Of a stretch of 38,063 nt of DNA, positions 1-11,768 are shown piece after piece. Origin of the DNA: an uncultured Akkermansia sp. GTDB taxonomy: Bacteria; Verrucomicrobiota; Verrucomicrobiia; Opitutales; Opitutaceae. The stretch's first letter is position 1, and the number at the start of each line of letters is the position of its first letter. The notes beneath the pieces were generated by a model. The model was given only the letters and a program-made list of their open reading frames with translations, made no database searches and was not told the DNA's origin. Location of the stretch: assembly GCA_966212385.1 (NCBI GenBank), contig CBIHRE010000001.1:1-38063 (forward strand), read 5' to 3'. The position numbers were made by a program, and so were the translations under genes.

Positions 1-1173
1 GGTCCCGAATGAGCCGTAGGTCCCCCGGACGCCAGAAACCGTCAGATTGCGAACCACCGAACGCGGAGGCGGCAGACCGCGCAGATCCGTGTATTGTTTC
101 CATGGCTGCACCGAGAGCAGCGCGCCGCGCGAGGCCTCAAGCGTGATATCGCGGAAATGAACGTCCTCATAGTGCTGCGGTGTGTCGGAGCGGAGCTTCA
201 AGTTGACGACGGCCATGGCGCCAAGCACGCGGCAGTTTTCCACCACGACGCCCCGCACCACGGTGGCCTCGCTGCCGAGCGTGACGGCGGCGTGCCCGCG
301 CTTGAACACACAATCGGCGACGCGCACCCGCTCCACGGGCGGACTGTCTTTGTCCTCCGCGGCGAGGGGACCTTTCGAGCCCTTCATCGCCACGCAGTCG
401 TCGGTCACGGAAAAATAGCAGCCGCGGATGGCGACGTCCTGCGAACTATCGACATCGATTCCGTCGGTGCTCGGAGCCTGCTTGTAATCGTCCGGCACGA
501 GGAAGCGGGCGTTCTGCACAAGCACCTCGCGGCAACGATAGAGGTGAAGATTCCAAAACTGGGAGTCCTCGAACGTCACCCCGTCGATCACGACGCCGCT
601 CGAGTTCTCGATCAGCGCCAGGCGGGCGCGGGCGACGCCAAGATTAGGGAAATTGCCCGGATCGGGCGCGCCGCGGCGCCGTTTCCAAAACTCGTCCCAA
701 ATCGGCCGCCCCGCGCCGTCGAGCGTGCCTTCGCCATCGATGCGCAATCCATCGCAGCCGTCGGCGTTGATCAAGGCGGGGGTGAAGCTTTCCTCGAAGT
801 GCCCCTCGATGCGCGTGCGTTTAGGCGGGAAATTCGCCATGTCGGTGGAGCAACGCAGCACCGCGCCTTTCTCGAGGTGCAGATTGACACGGGGCTTGAA
901 GAAAAGCGCGCCGCTGACGAAGACGCCGGGCGGCACGACCACCGTGCCGCCTCCTTGGGCCGCGAGACGATCGATGGCGGACTGGATCGCCTGAGTGGCG
1001 AGTGTCACGGCGTCTCCGACGGCGCCCGACTCCACGATGGAAAGCCGGCGAACGGAAACGGTCGAAATGTTGGCGGTTCTCGAAACGGCCGCGGAGGGAG
1101 TCGCGCAAGCGGCCAAGAGGGCGCCGATGGTCACGCCGGAACCAAGGGCAAGGCTGCGAAGGGAGGGAGACAT
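1..1173 (-). CDS. GH28 glycoside hydrolase (polygalacturonase/rhamnogalacturonase-like), predicted lipoprotein; 3' end runs off the window
   Basis: Absent from the ORF track because it has no stop in the window. Manual translation from ATG at 1173 gives MSPSLRSLALGSGVTIGALLAAC (lipobox-like), GAVGDAVTLATQAIQSAID, GGGTVVVPPGVFVSGALFFK, PSTDGIDVDS, TDDCVAMKG, GHAAVTLGSE; the frame is open to base 1. Confidence 0.9.
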   Translation of the reverse strand, partial: MSPSLRSLALGSGVTIGALLAACATPSAAVSRTANISTVSVRRLSIVESGAVGDAVTLATQAIQSAIDRLAAQGGGTVVVPPGVFVSGALFFKPRVNLHLEKGAVLRCSTDMANFPPKRTRIEGHFEESFTPALINADGCDGLRIDGEGTLDGAGRPIWDEFWKRRRGAPDPGNFPNLGVARARLALIENSSGVVIDGVTFEDSQFWNLHLYRCREVLVQNARFLVPDDYKQAPSTDGIDVDSSQDVAIRGCYFSVTDDCVAMKGSKGPLAAEDKDSPPVERVRVADCVFKRGHAAVTLGSEATVVRGVVVENCRVLGAMAVVNLKLRSDTPQHYEDVHFRDITLEASRGALLSVQPWKQYTDLRGLPPPRSVVRNLTVSGVRGTYGSFGT

Positions 1174-1216
1174 GGGCAACGGGGTCGTGCCTGGGTGAGG
1201 CCTGGCCCTGCGCAAA

Positions 1217-2791
1217 TCAACGGGCCACGCGTTCAGACCGTGTGATTTCATAAACTGGCGCCTTGTCATCGGCGGTTCTCACGTTCGAAAGCACGAGATC
1301 CTCGGCCCGGTCGATCTTAACGAGCGCCCCGGTAGCCAGCTTGATGTTCTCGAAGCACACGTTCGAGGTGCGATGCCCCTCGGCGGGGAAGCCGTTGACG
1401 ATGATCGCGGGCTTTTTCGGATCGGCCTTGGTGAGGTCGATGTCGGAGAAACGGAAGTTGCGGAAGAAGGGCTGCACCGCGGCCGCGGCGCCGTCGTTGT
1501 TGTAGGGCAGCTCGGTATAGATGGTGATTTGTCGCAGGTCGCAGTTGCGCACGGTGACGTTCTCGACGAAGCCGCCGCGCTCCTTGGTTCCCTTGATCTG
1601 CATGCCGTGCAAAAGCGGCCCGGCGACGCAGTCCTCCACGAGAACGTCGCGCACGCCGCCCGACATCTCGCTGCCGATCGAAATGCCGTGTCCGCGGATG
1701 AAATCACAGTCGAAGACGCGCACGCCGACGGTCGGGCGGTTGACCGCGTTGCCCTCGGGATTTTTGCCGGACTTGATCGCGATGCAGTCGTCGCCGGTGT
1801 CGAAGCTGCAATTGAAGATGTAGGAGTTGTTCGACGAGTCGGGGTCGATGCCGTCGCCGTTGTGCACGTCGCTGCGGATGTCGAGGCCGTGGAGACTGAC
1901 GTTTTCGGAGTAGATATAGTGGATCGTCCAGCACTGCGGTTCCTCGATCACGAGTCCCGATATCTCCACGTTTTCGGCGTTCATCAGGAGAATAAGCCGG
2001 CCGCGGGCGCGCAGGCCGTCCACGCGTTTGGGGTATTTCTTCATGATGGCGTCCGAGAGCTTGCCGCCTCCGCCCGAGATCGTGCCCTCGCCCCGGATGG
2101 ATAGGTTGCGGATGTTGGCGGGACCGGCTCGGTCGAGTTTGCCGGCGTTGAGAAGGCTGGCGTGCGTCTCCATTTCCCAGCCTTCGAAGCGGTTTCGGTT
2201 GAAGGGCAGGTAATCCACGGGATCGGCGCTGCCCTTGAGCATGCCGCCTTTGGCGATTTCGAGGGTCATGTCGCTTTTCAGGTAGAGCGCACCGGACAAG
2301 AAGACCCCTTGCGGAACGCGAACCACGCCACCTCTCGGGCAGGCGTCGATCGCGGCTTGCAGGGCTCGCGTGTTGAGTGTCTTGCCATCGCCGACGGCGC
2401 CATGGTCGAGCACCGAGACAACGGGTTCTTTCGGGAGCGTGCGCAAAGCGAGGGCCTTGCTCGCGAGCGCGACGTGGCCCGCGCCGCCCGTTCGCACGGT
2501 GAACGTATAGTCATGCTCCGGCTCGAGCCCGTTCGCCGTGAAATAGGTCTTGGTCGTGGTGGCGAGCACCACACCGTCGCGCAGCACCTGATAGCTTAGG
2601 CCGGAACGGCCGCCGGGTTTGTCCCACACGAGCGTGACCTCGTCCGAGCGCAGCGTTTGGGGCGCTGCGATAAGGCGAAAGGCGGCGGAGCCCGGGGCGT
2701 CCGAGGACGGTGCGCTCGCGCAGCCTCCGAACCAGAAGGCGCAGAGGCCAAACGCAAAGGTGAGCCGGAGAGGCGTGGCGTGGGATTTCAT
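1217..2791 (-). CDS. GH28 exo-polygalacturonase-like lipoprotein with N-terminal fibronectin type III domain
   Basis: Start set at MKSHATPL (ATG 2791). Signal peptide ends FGGC; FN3-like VTLVW..YQVLRDG..GLEPEHDYTFTV; GH28 motifs NGDGIDPDS, GDDCIAIKSG, GHGISIGSE, QIKG. Confidence 0.92.
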   Translation of the reverse strand: MKSHATPLRLTFAFGLCAFWFGGCASAPSSDAPGSAAFRLIAAPQTLRSDEVTLVWDKPGGRSGLSYQVLRDGVVLATTTKTYFTANGLEPEHDYTFTVRTGGAGHVALASKALALRTLPKEPVVSVLDHGAVGDGKTLNTRALQAAIDACPRGGVVRVPQGVFLSGALYLKSDMTLEIAKGGMLKGSADPVDYLPFNRNRFEGWEMETHASLLNAGKLDRAGPANIRNLSIRGEGTISGGGGKLSDAIMKKYPKRVDGLRARGRLILLMNAENVEISGLVIEEPQCWTIHYIYSENVSLHGLDIRSDVHNGDGIDPDSSNNSYIFNCSFDTGDDCIAIKSGKNPEGNAVNRPTVGVRVFDCDFIRGHGISIGSEMSGGVRDVLVEDCVAGPLLHGMQIKGTKERGGFVENVTVRNCDLRQITIYTELPYNNDGAAAAVQPFFRNFRFSDIDLTKADPKKPAIIVNGFPAEGHRTSNVCFENIKLATGALVKIDRAEDLVLSNVRTADDKAPVYEITRSERVAR

Positions 2792-2956
2792 GAGAAAGGG
2801 AAAGCCGGACGGCGGGGTCGAGGATCGGGGATCGCCGTGAAAGCGGCGGCCGCTCCGCGCGTTCGGGAGGGGCACCAACGGGAACGGCTAACATAGCCCC
2901 GACGCTCCTTTTTGGCCATTGCGGGAGCGCGCACAGAATTGACATAAACGCGCATC

Positions 2957-3766
2957 ATGCGCGCCTCGACCAATCTCGCCTACATCGGCCACGGGACGCG
3001 GACCTACGGCCTTAAACCGATTCTCGGACGACCGCGCGGCTTTTGGGAATTGCAATGGGTGCTGCGAGGCAGGGCGCATCCCGACAACCTTGATCGGTCC
3101 AACACGAAAAGCGCGGAAGCCCGCCTCTACATTTCGCACCCGGACTCCCCGCATGGCTGGACCGACGAGGGAGCCAATCGTTCGGAGGTGTTCGTGCTTC
3201 ACTTTCGCTCCGTTCCGGAGGAGTTGGCCACCGCGGTGAATCAGGCAAAAACGCACATCATCGCGCTCGACGAATCGGAGCTTCGTCAGCACCGCGTCCG
3301 TCTGGACGAGATCCGTCGGGCAAACGCGGAGGAAGATCCCCGCCTCGCGCTGAAGCTTGAGCAAATACTGGTCGAGGTGGCGCTGCTGGTGATGAACCGC
3401 GAGACACCGGGCCAAGCGCCGGGCCGGGCCGCGGACCGTGTCGAGCAGGCCCTGCACTGGTTCGAGGAGAATATCGGCGAAAGCCCGTCGGCGACCGACG
3501 TGGCGCGGGCGGTGGGCGTGTCGCCGGCGCACCTGCGCCGGCTTTTCTCCGCGGCAGGCCGGGATTCGCCCAAAACCGAATGCACGCGGCTACGGATCGC
3601 GGTGGCGCGACGCTGCCTGCGGGAAGGATGGAAACTCGAGCGGATCGCGAGCTACCTCGGCTACAGCGAGGCGAGCGCGCTTTCGCGGACTTTTTCCACG
3701 ACGGCGGGCGTGTCGCCTCGCGAGTGGTTGAAGCGCGAACGGGGTGCTCGCGAGGGGCTCAGATAA
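2957..3766 (+). CDS. AraC family transcriptional regulator
   Basis: N-terminal cupin-like region ([12 protein letters not shown]) and C-terminal double HTH ([17 protein letters not shown] ... [17 protein letters not shown] ... GVSPREW); divergent from the GH28 genes. Confidence 0.93.
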   Translation: MRASTNLAYIGHGTRTYGLKPILGRPRGFWELQWVLRGRAHPDNLDRSNTKSAEARLYISHPDSPHGWTDEGANRSEVFVLHFRSVPEELATAVNQAKTHIIALDESELRQHRVRLDEIRRANAEEDPRLALKLEQILVEVALLVMNRETPGQAPGRAADRVEQALHWFEENIGESPSATDVARAVGVSPAHLRRLFSAAGRDSPKTECTRLRIAVARRCLREGWKLERIASYLGYSEASALSRTFSTTAGVSPREWLKRERGAREGLR

Positions 3767-5468
3767 GGTCGGGCGGCACGGTGGCGATCGCCTCCTCGAG
3801 CGTGGTGAGGCCCTCCTTGACCTTGAGCATGCTGTCCTGGTGGAGGGTTTTCATGCCGCCGCGCATCGCGATTTTCTTCAGCTCGGCAGACTCGTGGCCC
3901 TTGTTGATGCCCTCGATGAGCTCGCCGTTCGTGACCATGAGCTCGTGGATACCGACACGGCCCTTGTAGCCGGTGTTGTTGCACTTGGGGCAGCCCCTGG
4001 GGTTGGCCTTGAATATCTGACCGGACCAGCCGATCGCGTTTTCCAACAGCTGCTTTTCGCGTCCTTCGGGCTCGTGCGCGACTTTGCAGGTCTTGCAGAC
4101 GCGGCGCATGAGGCGCTGGGCGCAGACGCAGAGCAGCGAGGAGCTGATCATGAAGGGTTCGATGCCCATGTCGGTGAGACGGGCGACCGTGCTCGGCGCG
4201 TCGTTGGTGTGGAGCGTCGAGATGAGCAAGTGACCGGTGAGCGCGGCCTCGACGGCGATGCCGGCGGTCTCCTTGTCGCGGATTTCGCCGACGAGGATGA
4301 TGTCGGGGTCCTGACGGAGATAGGCGCGAAGCGCGCTCGCGAAGGTGAGACCGATCTGCCGGTGCATCTGCATCTGGTTGATGCCGGGCAGCGTGTATTC
4401 GATGGGGTCCTCGGCGGTGCGGATGACGATGTCCGGGGCGTTGATCTCGCCGAGCGCGGAATAAAGCGTCATCGACTTGCCGGAGCCCGTCGGGCCGCAG
4501 TGCAGGATCATGCCGTAGGGCTGGCGGATGCACTCGCGGTAACGGGTCAGGTTTTCTTCGGAGAAGCCGAGCGCGGTGAGCGGCAGCGTGGACTTCTGCT
4601 TGTCGAGGATACGCATGACGACGCCCTCGCCGTAGTTGAGCGGCGCGGTCGAGACGCGCAGGTCGACGTCGATGCCTTTTTTCGTGAAGTGTTTGAACAC
4701 GATGCGGCCGTCCTGGGGGAGGCGGCGCTCGGCGATGTCGAGGTTGCACATGATCTTCAGGCGCGCGATGAGCGCCGGGCCGACCTTGTGCGGGAGACGA
4801 AGTTTTTCCTGGCAGACGCCGTCGATGCGGTAGCGCACGACGATCTCTTTTTCCCACGGCTCGATGTGGATGTCGGAGGTGCCGGAGTAATAGCCGTCCT
4901 CGATGATGCGGTTGGCGAGCTGGACGATCGGCGCGGAGTCCTCGGTGACGTCGACCTCGGCGCTCTCGCCCTCCTCGATGCCGTATTCGGCGCCGATCGC
5001 GCCGACGACGTCGTCGAAGCCGGCGGGACGGACCTGCTCCTTGGCGAACTTGTCCTGGATGTCCTTCTCGCGAGCGAGGAGACGCACCACGCGTTTGCCG
5101 GTGAGCTCGGAAACTTTTTGAGGGATCGCGAGGTCGAAGGGGTTGGCGACGGCGAGCAGAAGCGTCTCGCCGGCGTAGCCGACCGGCAGACAGAGGTTCT
5201 CCTGGCAAAACTCCTGGGGAACGCGCTCGTAGGTGGAGCCGGTGACGCGGAACCTTGCCGCGAAGAAAGGCGCGAGGTGGTAGGCGCGGGCCTTCGCCAC
5301 GAAGAGCTGCGTCGGCGTGATCGAATGCTGGTCGCGCAGGAGCTTGTCCAACTCTTCGCCGGACATCTCATCCGGCCGCGAGGCGAGCGCGGCCGCTTGC
5401 TCGGCGGCGAGGCGTCCCTGCTTCTCGAGTTGCTGAACGATCTGGAGCTGAAGTTTGCCAAGCGGCAT
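3759..5468 (-). CDS. GspE/PilB family type II secretion / type IV pilus assembly ATPase
   Basis: [20 protein letters not shown], Walker A GPTGSGKS, Asp box [22 protein letters not shown], His box STLHTN, Zn motif CKTC...[14 protein letters not shown]. Confidence 0.95.
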   Translation of the reverse strand: MPLGKLQLQIVQQLEKQGRLAAEQAAALASRPDEMSGEELDKLLRDQHSITPTQLFVAKARAYHLAPFFAARFRVTGSTYERVPQEFCQENLCLPVGYAGETLLLAVANPFDLAIPQKVSELTGKRVVRLLAREKDIQDKFAKEQVRPAGFDDVVGAIGAEYGIEEGESAEVDVTEDSAPIVQLANRIIEDGYYSGTSDIHIEPWEKEIVVRYRIDGVCQEKLRLPHKVGPALIARLKIMCNLDIAERRLPQDGRIVFKHFTKKGIDVDLRVSTAPLNYGEGVVMRILDKQKSTLPLTALGFSEENLTRYRECIRQPYGMILHCGPTGSGKSMTLYSALGEINAPDIVIRTAEDPIEYTLPGINQMQMHRQIGLTFASALRAYLRQDPDIILVGEIRDKETAGIAVEAALTGHLLISTLHTNDAPSTVARLTDMGIEPFMISSSLLCVCAQRLMRRVCKTCKVAHEPEGREKQLLENAIGWSGQIFKANPRGCPKCNNTGYKGRVGIHELMVTNGELIEGINKGHESAELKKIAMRGGMKTLHQDSMLKVKEGLTTLEEAIATVPPDLI

Positions 5469-5494
5469 GGCCTGTGGGGAAAAGGGTTCGCTGC

Positions 5495-6019
5495 TCAGGG
5501 TTTGCTGGTCGCGAGGCGCTCCAAGGTGTCGGCGATCGCCTCGAGCGTCGTGCCATACCAGATCACCTGACCGCCGAGTTGCTTCTCCCAGAAGGTGCGC
5601 ACGGCGGGGCTGAGATAATAGGCGGAGGCCACGAGCGTGAAGTCTTCGTCGCGGTCAAAGGGAACGCTCCAAGTCGCCCAGCAGGCGGCGTGATTCAGTT
5701 TCGCGCGCACCTCGTCGGCGCCGTCGTAGACGTGCAGATCGACCAGACCGATGCCGTGCTCGTCCACGCAATGTTGGAGCACGTCCTCCTCCTTCACAAC
5801 CTTCAGATCGTAGGCCAGGACGCCGAGGAGCGTGCACTGGCGGGGCGTGCCGCCCGCGATCAACTCGAGGAGCTTCTCATTGGCGCTTTCGAGCTGGTCC
5901 ACGGTGACGAGGTTCGCCTCGACCAGGCTGGCGCCGAGCAGGCGGTTGGCGCGCATCAACAGGGAACGAATCTCCGCCGGCGTCGGCGACAGGGCAAAGG
6001 AAGCGGTGGTTTCGGCCAT
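5495..6019 (-). CDS. Stand-alone MshEN/GspE N-terminal-domain-like protein (no ATPase domain)
   Basis: 174-aa ORF ending 26 bp upstream of the ATPase start. [21 protein letters not shown] resembles the MshEN motif, followed by a T2SSE_N-like pattern (GIGLVDL...VPF...TLVA). The CDS is likely; the domain call is inference. Confidence 0.65.
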   Translation of the reverse strand: MAETTASFALSPTPAEIRSLLMRANRLLGASLVEANLVTVDQLESANEKLLELIAGGTPRQCTLLGVLAYDLKVVKEEDVLQHCVDEHGIGLVDLHVYDGADEVRAKLNHAACWATWSVPFDRDEDFTLVASAYYLSPAVRTFWEKQLGGQVIWYGTTLEAIADTLERLATSKP

Positions 6020-6100
6020 GCGGGGGGAAGGTTTGATTTACCAGGAGACCTAAGCGAAGGCGGAGCGCGGACGACGACGGACGGCGGGCGGTGTTTGGAC

Positions 6101-8419
<2,319 letters not shown>

Positions 8420-8435
8420 TCATCGCACCAACCGC

Positions 8436-9179
8436 ATGAGCGAGAATCTCCCGCCGGGCGCCGAGACCGGACGCGCCACCTCCAACCGCCTGCGTTCGCT
8501 CGCCAAGGGCGAGCGTCCCCAAGAACGGGCGCTGGCCCACGGAGTCGGCACCTTGGCCGACGCCGAGCTGCTCGCCTTGCTCCTGCGCAGCGGCACCCGC
8601 GGCCACGACGTCATGAGCCTTGCCTCGCGCCTCCTCGCCGAGGCCGGGTCGCTCCACGCCCTCACCCGCTGGCGCGAGGCGGATTTCCGCCGCCTGAAAG
8701 GCATCGGCCGCGTCAAGTCCCTCCAACTCTGCACCGTGATGGAAGTCGCCCGCCGCGTCCTCGGCGCCGAGCGGCAACTCCCGCCCGAGCTCAACAATCC
8801 CGACGATATCTACGCCTATCTCCGTCCGCGCGCCCTCGGACTCGAGGTCGAGAAATGCTGGGTCGTCTCGCTCAACACCCGCAATCGCGTGCTGCGCTGC
8901 ACCGAGCTCACCTCGGGCACGAGCCGCCAGACGCTCGTGCGCCCGGCGGAGGTTCTGCGCGAAGCGGTGCGCGAGGGAGCCAGCGCCCTGGTCCTCGCTC
9001 ACAACCACCCCAGCGGAGACCCGCAGCCCAGCTCCGCCGACGTCGCGGTCACACGCCAGCTGCGTGGCGCCTCGGAACTCATCGACCTTCGCCTCCTCGA
9101 CCACCTGATCTTGGGCGACCCGGCCGTCGATCCGCTCGGCGTCGGCTATTATAGTTTCCGACGCGGCGGCTTGTTGTGA
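8436..9179 (+). CDS. radC: RadC family JAB-domain protein (full length, with HhH region)
   Basis: ERPQERAL..G..L.DAELLALLLRSG, KGIG.VK (HhH), PAEVLREAV, JAMM motif HNHPSGDPQPSSAD, LLDHLILG. Confidence 0.95.
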   Translation: MSENLPPGAETGRATSNRLRSLAKGERPQERALAHGVGTLADAELLALLLRSGTRGHDVMSLASRLLAEAGSLHALTRWREADFRRLKGIGRVKSLQLCTVMEVARRVLGAERQLPPELNNPDDIYAYLRPRALGLEVEKCWVVSLNTRNRVLRCTELTSGTSRQTLVRPAEVLREAVREGASALVLAHNHPSGDPQPSSADVAVTRQLRGASELIDLRLLDHLILGDPAVDPLGVGYYSFRRGGLL

Positions 9180-9230
9180 AACCAGCGCCCCCGCCGCCAA
9201 AGGCCTGCGAAAAATCCCGCGAAAAACTCC

Positions 9231-9259
9231 TTGAACTCCCCGCGCCCGGTCGCGAAGTT
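9231..9259 (+). promoter_or_regulatory. Putative promoter of tRNA-Tyr
   Basis: TTGAAC-N17-GAAGTT, with A-tracts upstream (UP-element-like) and a GC-rich discriminator-like stretch downstream. Confidence 0.4.
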
Positions 9260-9275
9260 CCGCGTCCCCGTTTTT

Positions 9276-9362
9276 GGTGCGATATCCAAGTGGCCAAAGG
9301 ACGTTGACTGTAAATCAATTCTGCCTCGCAGTTCGCTGGTTCGACTCCAGCTCGCACCACCA
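9276..9362 (+). tRNA. tRNA-Tyr (anticodon GTA), CCA encoded
   Basis: Acceptor stem GGTGCGA/TCGCACC, D-loop AAGTGGCCAA, anticodon arm GTTGA-CTGTAAA-TCAAT, long variable arm CTGC-CTC-GCAG, T arm GCTGG-TTCGACT-CCAGC, 3' ACCA. Confidence 0.97.
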
Positions 9363-9365
9363 CTT

Positions 9366-9399
9366 AAAACCCCGGCCGCCACGCCGGGGTTTTTCTTTT
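9366..9399 (+). terminator. Rho-independent terminator after tRNA-Tyr
   Basis: AAAACCCCGGC-CGCCAC-GCCGGGGTTTT followed by TCTTTT. Confidence 0.85.
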
Positions 9400-9461
9400 G
9401 CCCCGGGAGCAGCCGCGAAGCTTCCCCGTCCGTGACACGGAGGGCTGGCTGCCTTGGATTT

Positions 9462-9536
9462 GGGTGGATGGGCGGGTCCCCCGCCCATGGCTCGATCTTC
9501 GAGCGACGATCACCGCCCGGGAGGTGCCCGCCACCC
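9462..9536. repeat. REP-like doublet (GTGG-tagged hairpin family, degenerate)
   Basis: GTGG-ATGGGCGGG-TCC-CCCGCCCAT (9464-9488), inner hairpin GCTCGA-TCT-TCGAGC, outer inverted ends GGGTGG...CCACCC. Confidence 0.6.
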
Positions 9537-9580
9537 GTTATCGGAACACGCCGCCTCCGCCGAAGCTCGGGCACAGGCGC

Positions 9581-9610
9581 AAAAAAGCCCCGGCTTTTGC
9601 GACCGGGGCT
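9581..9610 (-). terminator. Rho-independent terminator of the 9638-11518 gene
   Basis: Minus strand reads AGCCCCGG-TCGCAAAAG-CCGGGGCT-TTTTT. Confidence 0.8.
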
Positions 9611-9637
9611 GAGAAAAACAATCGGATGGCGAGCGAC

Positions 9638-11518
9638 TCAGCTGGCGGGCGGAGTCTCCGACTCGGAAGCCGGCGCTTCGGCCGCAGGCTCGGGCGCCTG
9701 CTCGGTCGCGGCCGGAGCGGCGGCGGCGGGCTTCGGCGCCTCGGGGAAGTTTTCCGGATCGACGTCCGAGGCCTCGATCTCGCGCTTGCGCGCCTCGACC
9801 ATCGCGGGCGGGCAGAAGAGCGAACCGTCCACGAACTCGGTGACGTAGCCTTCCTTCACCAAGTAGCGCAGATCGCCCTTCAGACGGGTGAGCTTTTCCT
9901 GCTCCTCGGCGGGAATCGGCTCCGGAGCCTGGCCTTCGACGGGCGCGGGACGCGGGGAGAGGTTGAGCAGACGCTGGGCAAGTTCGCTCTCTTTCACCAT
10001 CGGGTTGGCCTCGATGAAGGCGATGAGCGCGCTGAGCGACTCCGAGAACACCTGGCCCGGCACGCGGAAGCGGCGCTTCACGGCGCACACGTAGCTGATG
10101 CCCTTCGAGCCCTTCTTGAAGATCGTGAAGTGCTCGCGGCGCAGGCGGCCGCGCAGGGCGTTGGCCGTATCCAGAGGGAAACGACGCTGGGAGGCGAGGG
10201 CGCCCTCGACCGCGCGGCGGATTTCGCTCGTGGCGGGGATGTTTTCGAGGATGCGGCCCGGGAAACGGAGCTGCTCCACGATGCGCACGACGCGCTCGCG
10301 CGCGGTGGTGAGCAGGTGATGACGGGCTTCCTCGATCGTGTCGAAGGAGGGACCGGCGGGCGCGGCCTCGACAGGCGCCTGCTCGGCGGCGGGCGCCGAA
10401 GCGGCTTCGCCCCCCTCGGTCGGTGCGGCTACTGGCGCGGCCTCGGCTGCTACGGCTGCCTTGGCGGCCGATCCCTTGGCGGGAGCAGGCTTCCAAGTGT
10501 AGCGGGTGGCCTTCTTCATCTTCTCGAGCCACTGGGCGACGACCTCGGGATCGCGCACGGTCTCGATCTTCGACTTATAGGCCTCCAGCGGCATGCGGAT
10601 ATTCGCCGCGTGGTGCTGGGCCACGATCTGATTGTAACGATGGTAATTCGGCGGCGCGAGGAGCGTGCCGGTGATCGTGCAACGGTTGACGACTTGGAAA
10701 TTCCCCTTCGGGGCCTCGACCTCGACTTCGGCGGTGTCAAAAAACAAGCCGAGGTGCTTCTCCAACACGTGCGAGATGGCCGCGTCCTCGGTTTCGAAGG
10801 GCAGGCCGTCCGGCACCGAGATATAGAAAGGCGCGGGCTTCACCGACGGGGTGGCGGATGCCTCCGCGACGCCGTCCGCCGAAGGAGCCGCCGGCTTGGA
10901 GCCAGGGGTGATGCGCTGGACCACCGCGACGAAGCGGTCGTTTTTCTCGACCACCGACTTCGCGATGTAGAACAGCTCGAAAGTGCGGCAAGACTTGCGG
11001 ATCGCGTCGGCGAGGACCTTGAAGCTGGCGTCCTCGGGATAGAAGGTGACGCTGAAGAAGGGGCTGACGTAGGGGCCGGCCGGCTCGCGCGGCGGGCCGC
11101 GGAACTCGCGGCGTTCGCCGCCTTGGAAGCCGCCCTCGCGACGCGGGCCGCGCGGGTCGTCGCGACGGCCGCCTTCGAAACGGGGACGTTCGCCACGCGG
11201 GCCTCCGCGGTCGTCGCGGCGCTCGGGACCGCGCTCGCGCGGCGGCTCGGAGCGGGGCGCGCCGCCACCGGTGTCGGCCTCGCCGCCCGGGGAGGGCGCG
11301 GCCGCGGGACGACGAAAGTCGCGGCGATCGCGGCGGGCGGGCGCGTCCCCGTCGCGACGCGGACGATCATCTCGCCGCTCGGGACGGGCGCCGCCACCGG
11401 CTCCGGGCGAGGATTTGTCCTGGGTCCAGGAGGTGCCGAAGCTGAACCCCTGCAATTGGGAGAGGTCTAGCTTGTTGAGCCCATGATCGGGCGTTTGCGG
11501 GGAGGGCGTCTCGTCCAT
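9638..11518 (-). CDS. Hypothetical protein (626 aa) with R/G/D/P-rich disordered N-terminus and possible C-terminal winged-helix-like region
   Basis: Long ORF with typical codon usage from MDETPSPQ (ATG 11518) and its own terminator; no family recognised. Confidence 0.8.
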   Translation of the reverse strand: MDETPSPQTPDHGLNKLDLSQLQGFSFGTSWTQDKSSPGAGGGARPERRDDRPRRDGDAPARRDRRDFRRPAAAPSPGGEADTGGGAPRSEPPRERGPERRDDRGGPRGERPRFEGGRRDDPRGPRREGGFQGGERREFRGPPREPAGPYVSPFFSVTFYPEDASFKVLADAIRKSCRTFELFYIAKSVVEKNDRFVAVVQRITPGSKPAAPSADGVAEASATPSVKPAPFYISVPDGLPFETEDAAISHVLEKHLGLFFDTAEVEVEAPKGNFQVVNRCTITGTLLAPPNYHRYNQIVAQHHAANIRMPLEAYKSKIETVRDPEVVAQWLEKMKKATRYTWKPAPAKGSAAKAAVAAEAAPVAAPTEGGEAASAPAAEQAPVEAAPAGPSFDTIEEARHHLLTTARERVVRIVEQLRFPGRILENIPATSEIRRAVEGALASQRRFPLDTANALRGRLRREHFTIFKKGSKGISYVCAVKRRFRVPGQVFSESLSALIAFIEANPMVKESELAQRLLNLSPRPAPVEGQAPEPIPAEEQEKLTRLKGDLRYLVKEGYVTEFVDGSLFCPPAMVEARKREIEASDVDPENFPEAPKPAAAAPAATEQAPEPAAEAPASESETPPAS

Positions 11519-11768
11519 GCGGTGAAAGCGGGCGTCGCGAATGACGGCGGGCGTTGGGAGGGCTGGAAGGCGGGATGAGCCTGCGCGGGAGGCACAGGTC
11601 GTGCCAGCTTCATGGCGACTTTCCCGCAGGCAAGCCGTTTCCCGGGGGTAGGCGCGTGACGTTTGTCCGCCGAGATTCGCGCCATCCGGCGGCCGGACGA
11701 GGACAAGGAGCATAAAATTCTTCCCATGTCCTCCGGGCGTCCCAGCATGCCGCCTTCCCTCCGCTCCT

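Noticed and set aside
94..1245. 383-aa plus-strand ORF
   Set aside because: Antisense shadow of the minus-strand GH28 gene, which has clear family motifs.
2939..2944. Perfect TTGACA upstream of araC
   Set aside because: It is only 12 nt before the ATG, leaving no room for a spacer and -10 box.
8436..9362. radC beside a tRNA as a sign of an integrated element
   Set aside because: The RadC is the full-length chromosomal type; I saw no integrase and no duplicated tRNA 3' end in the window.
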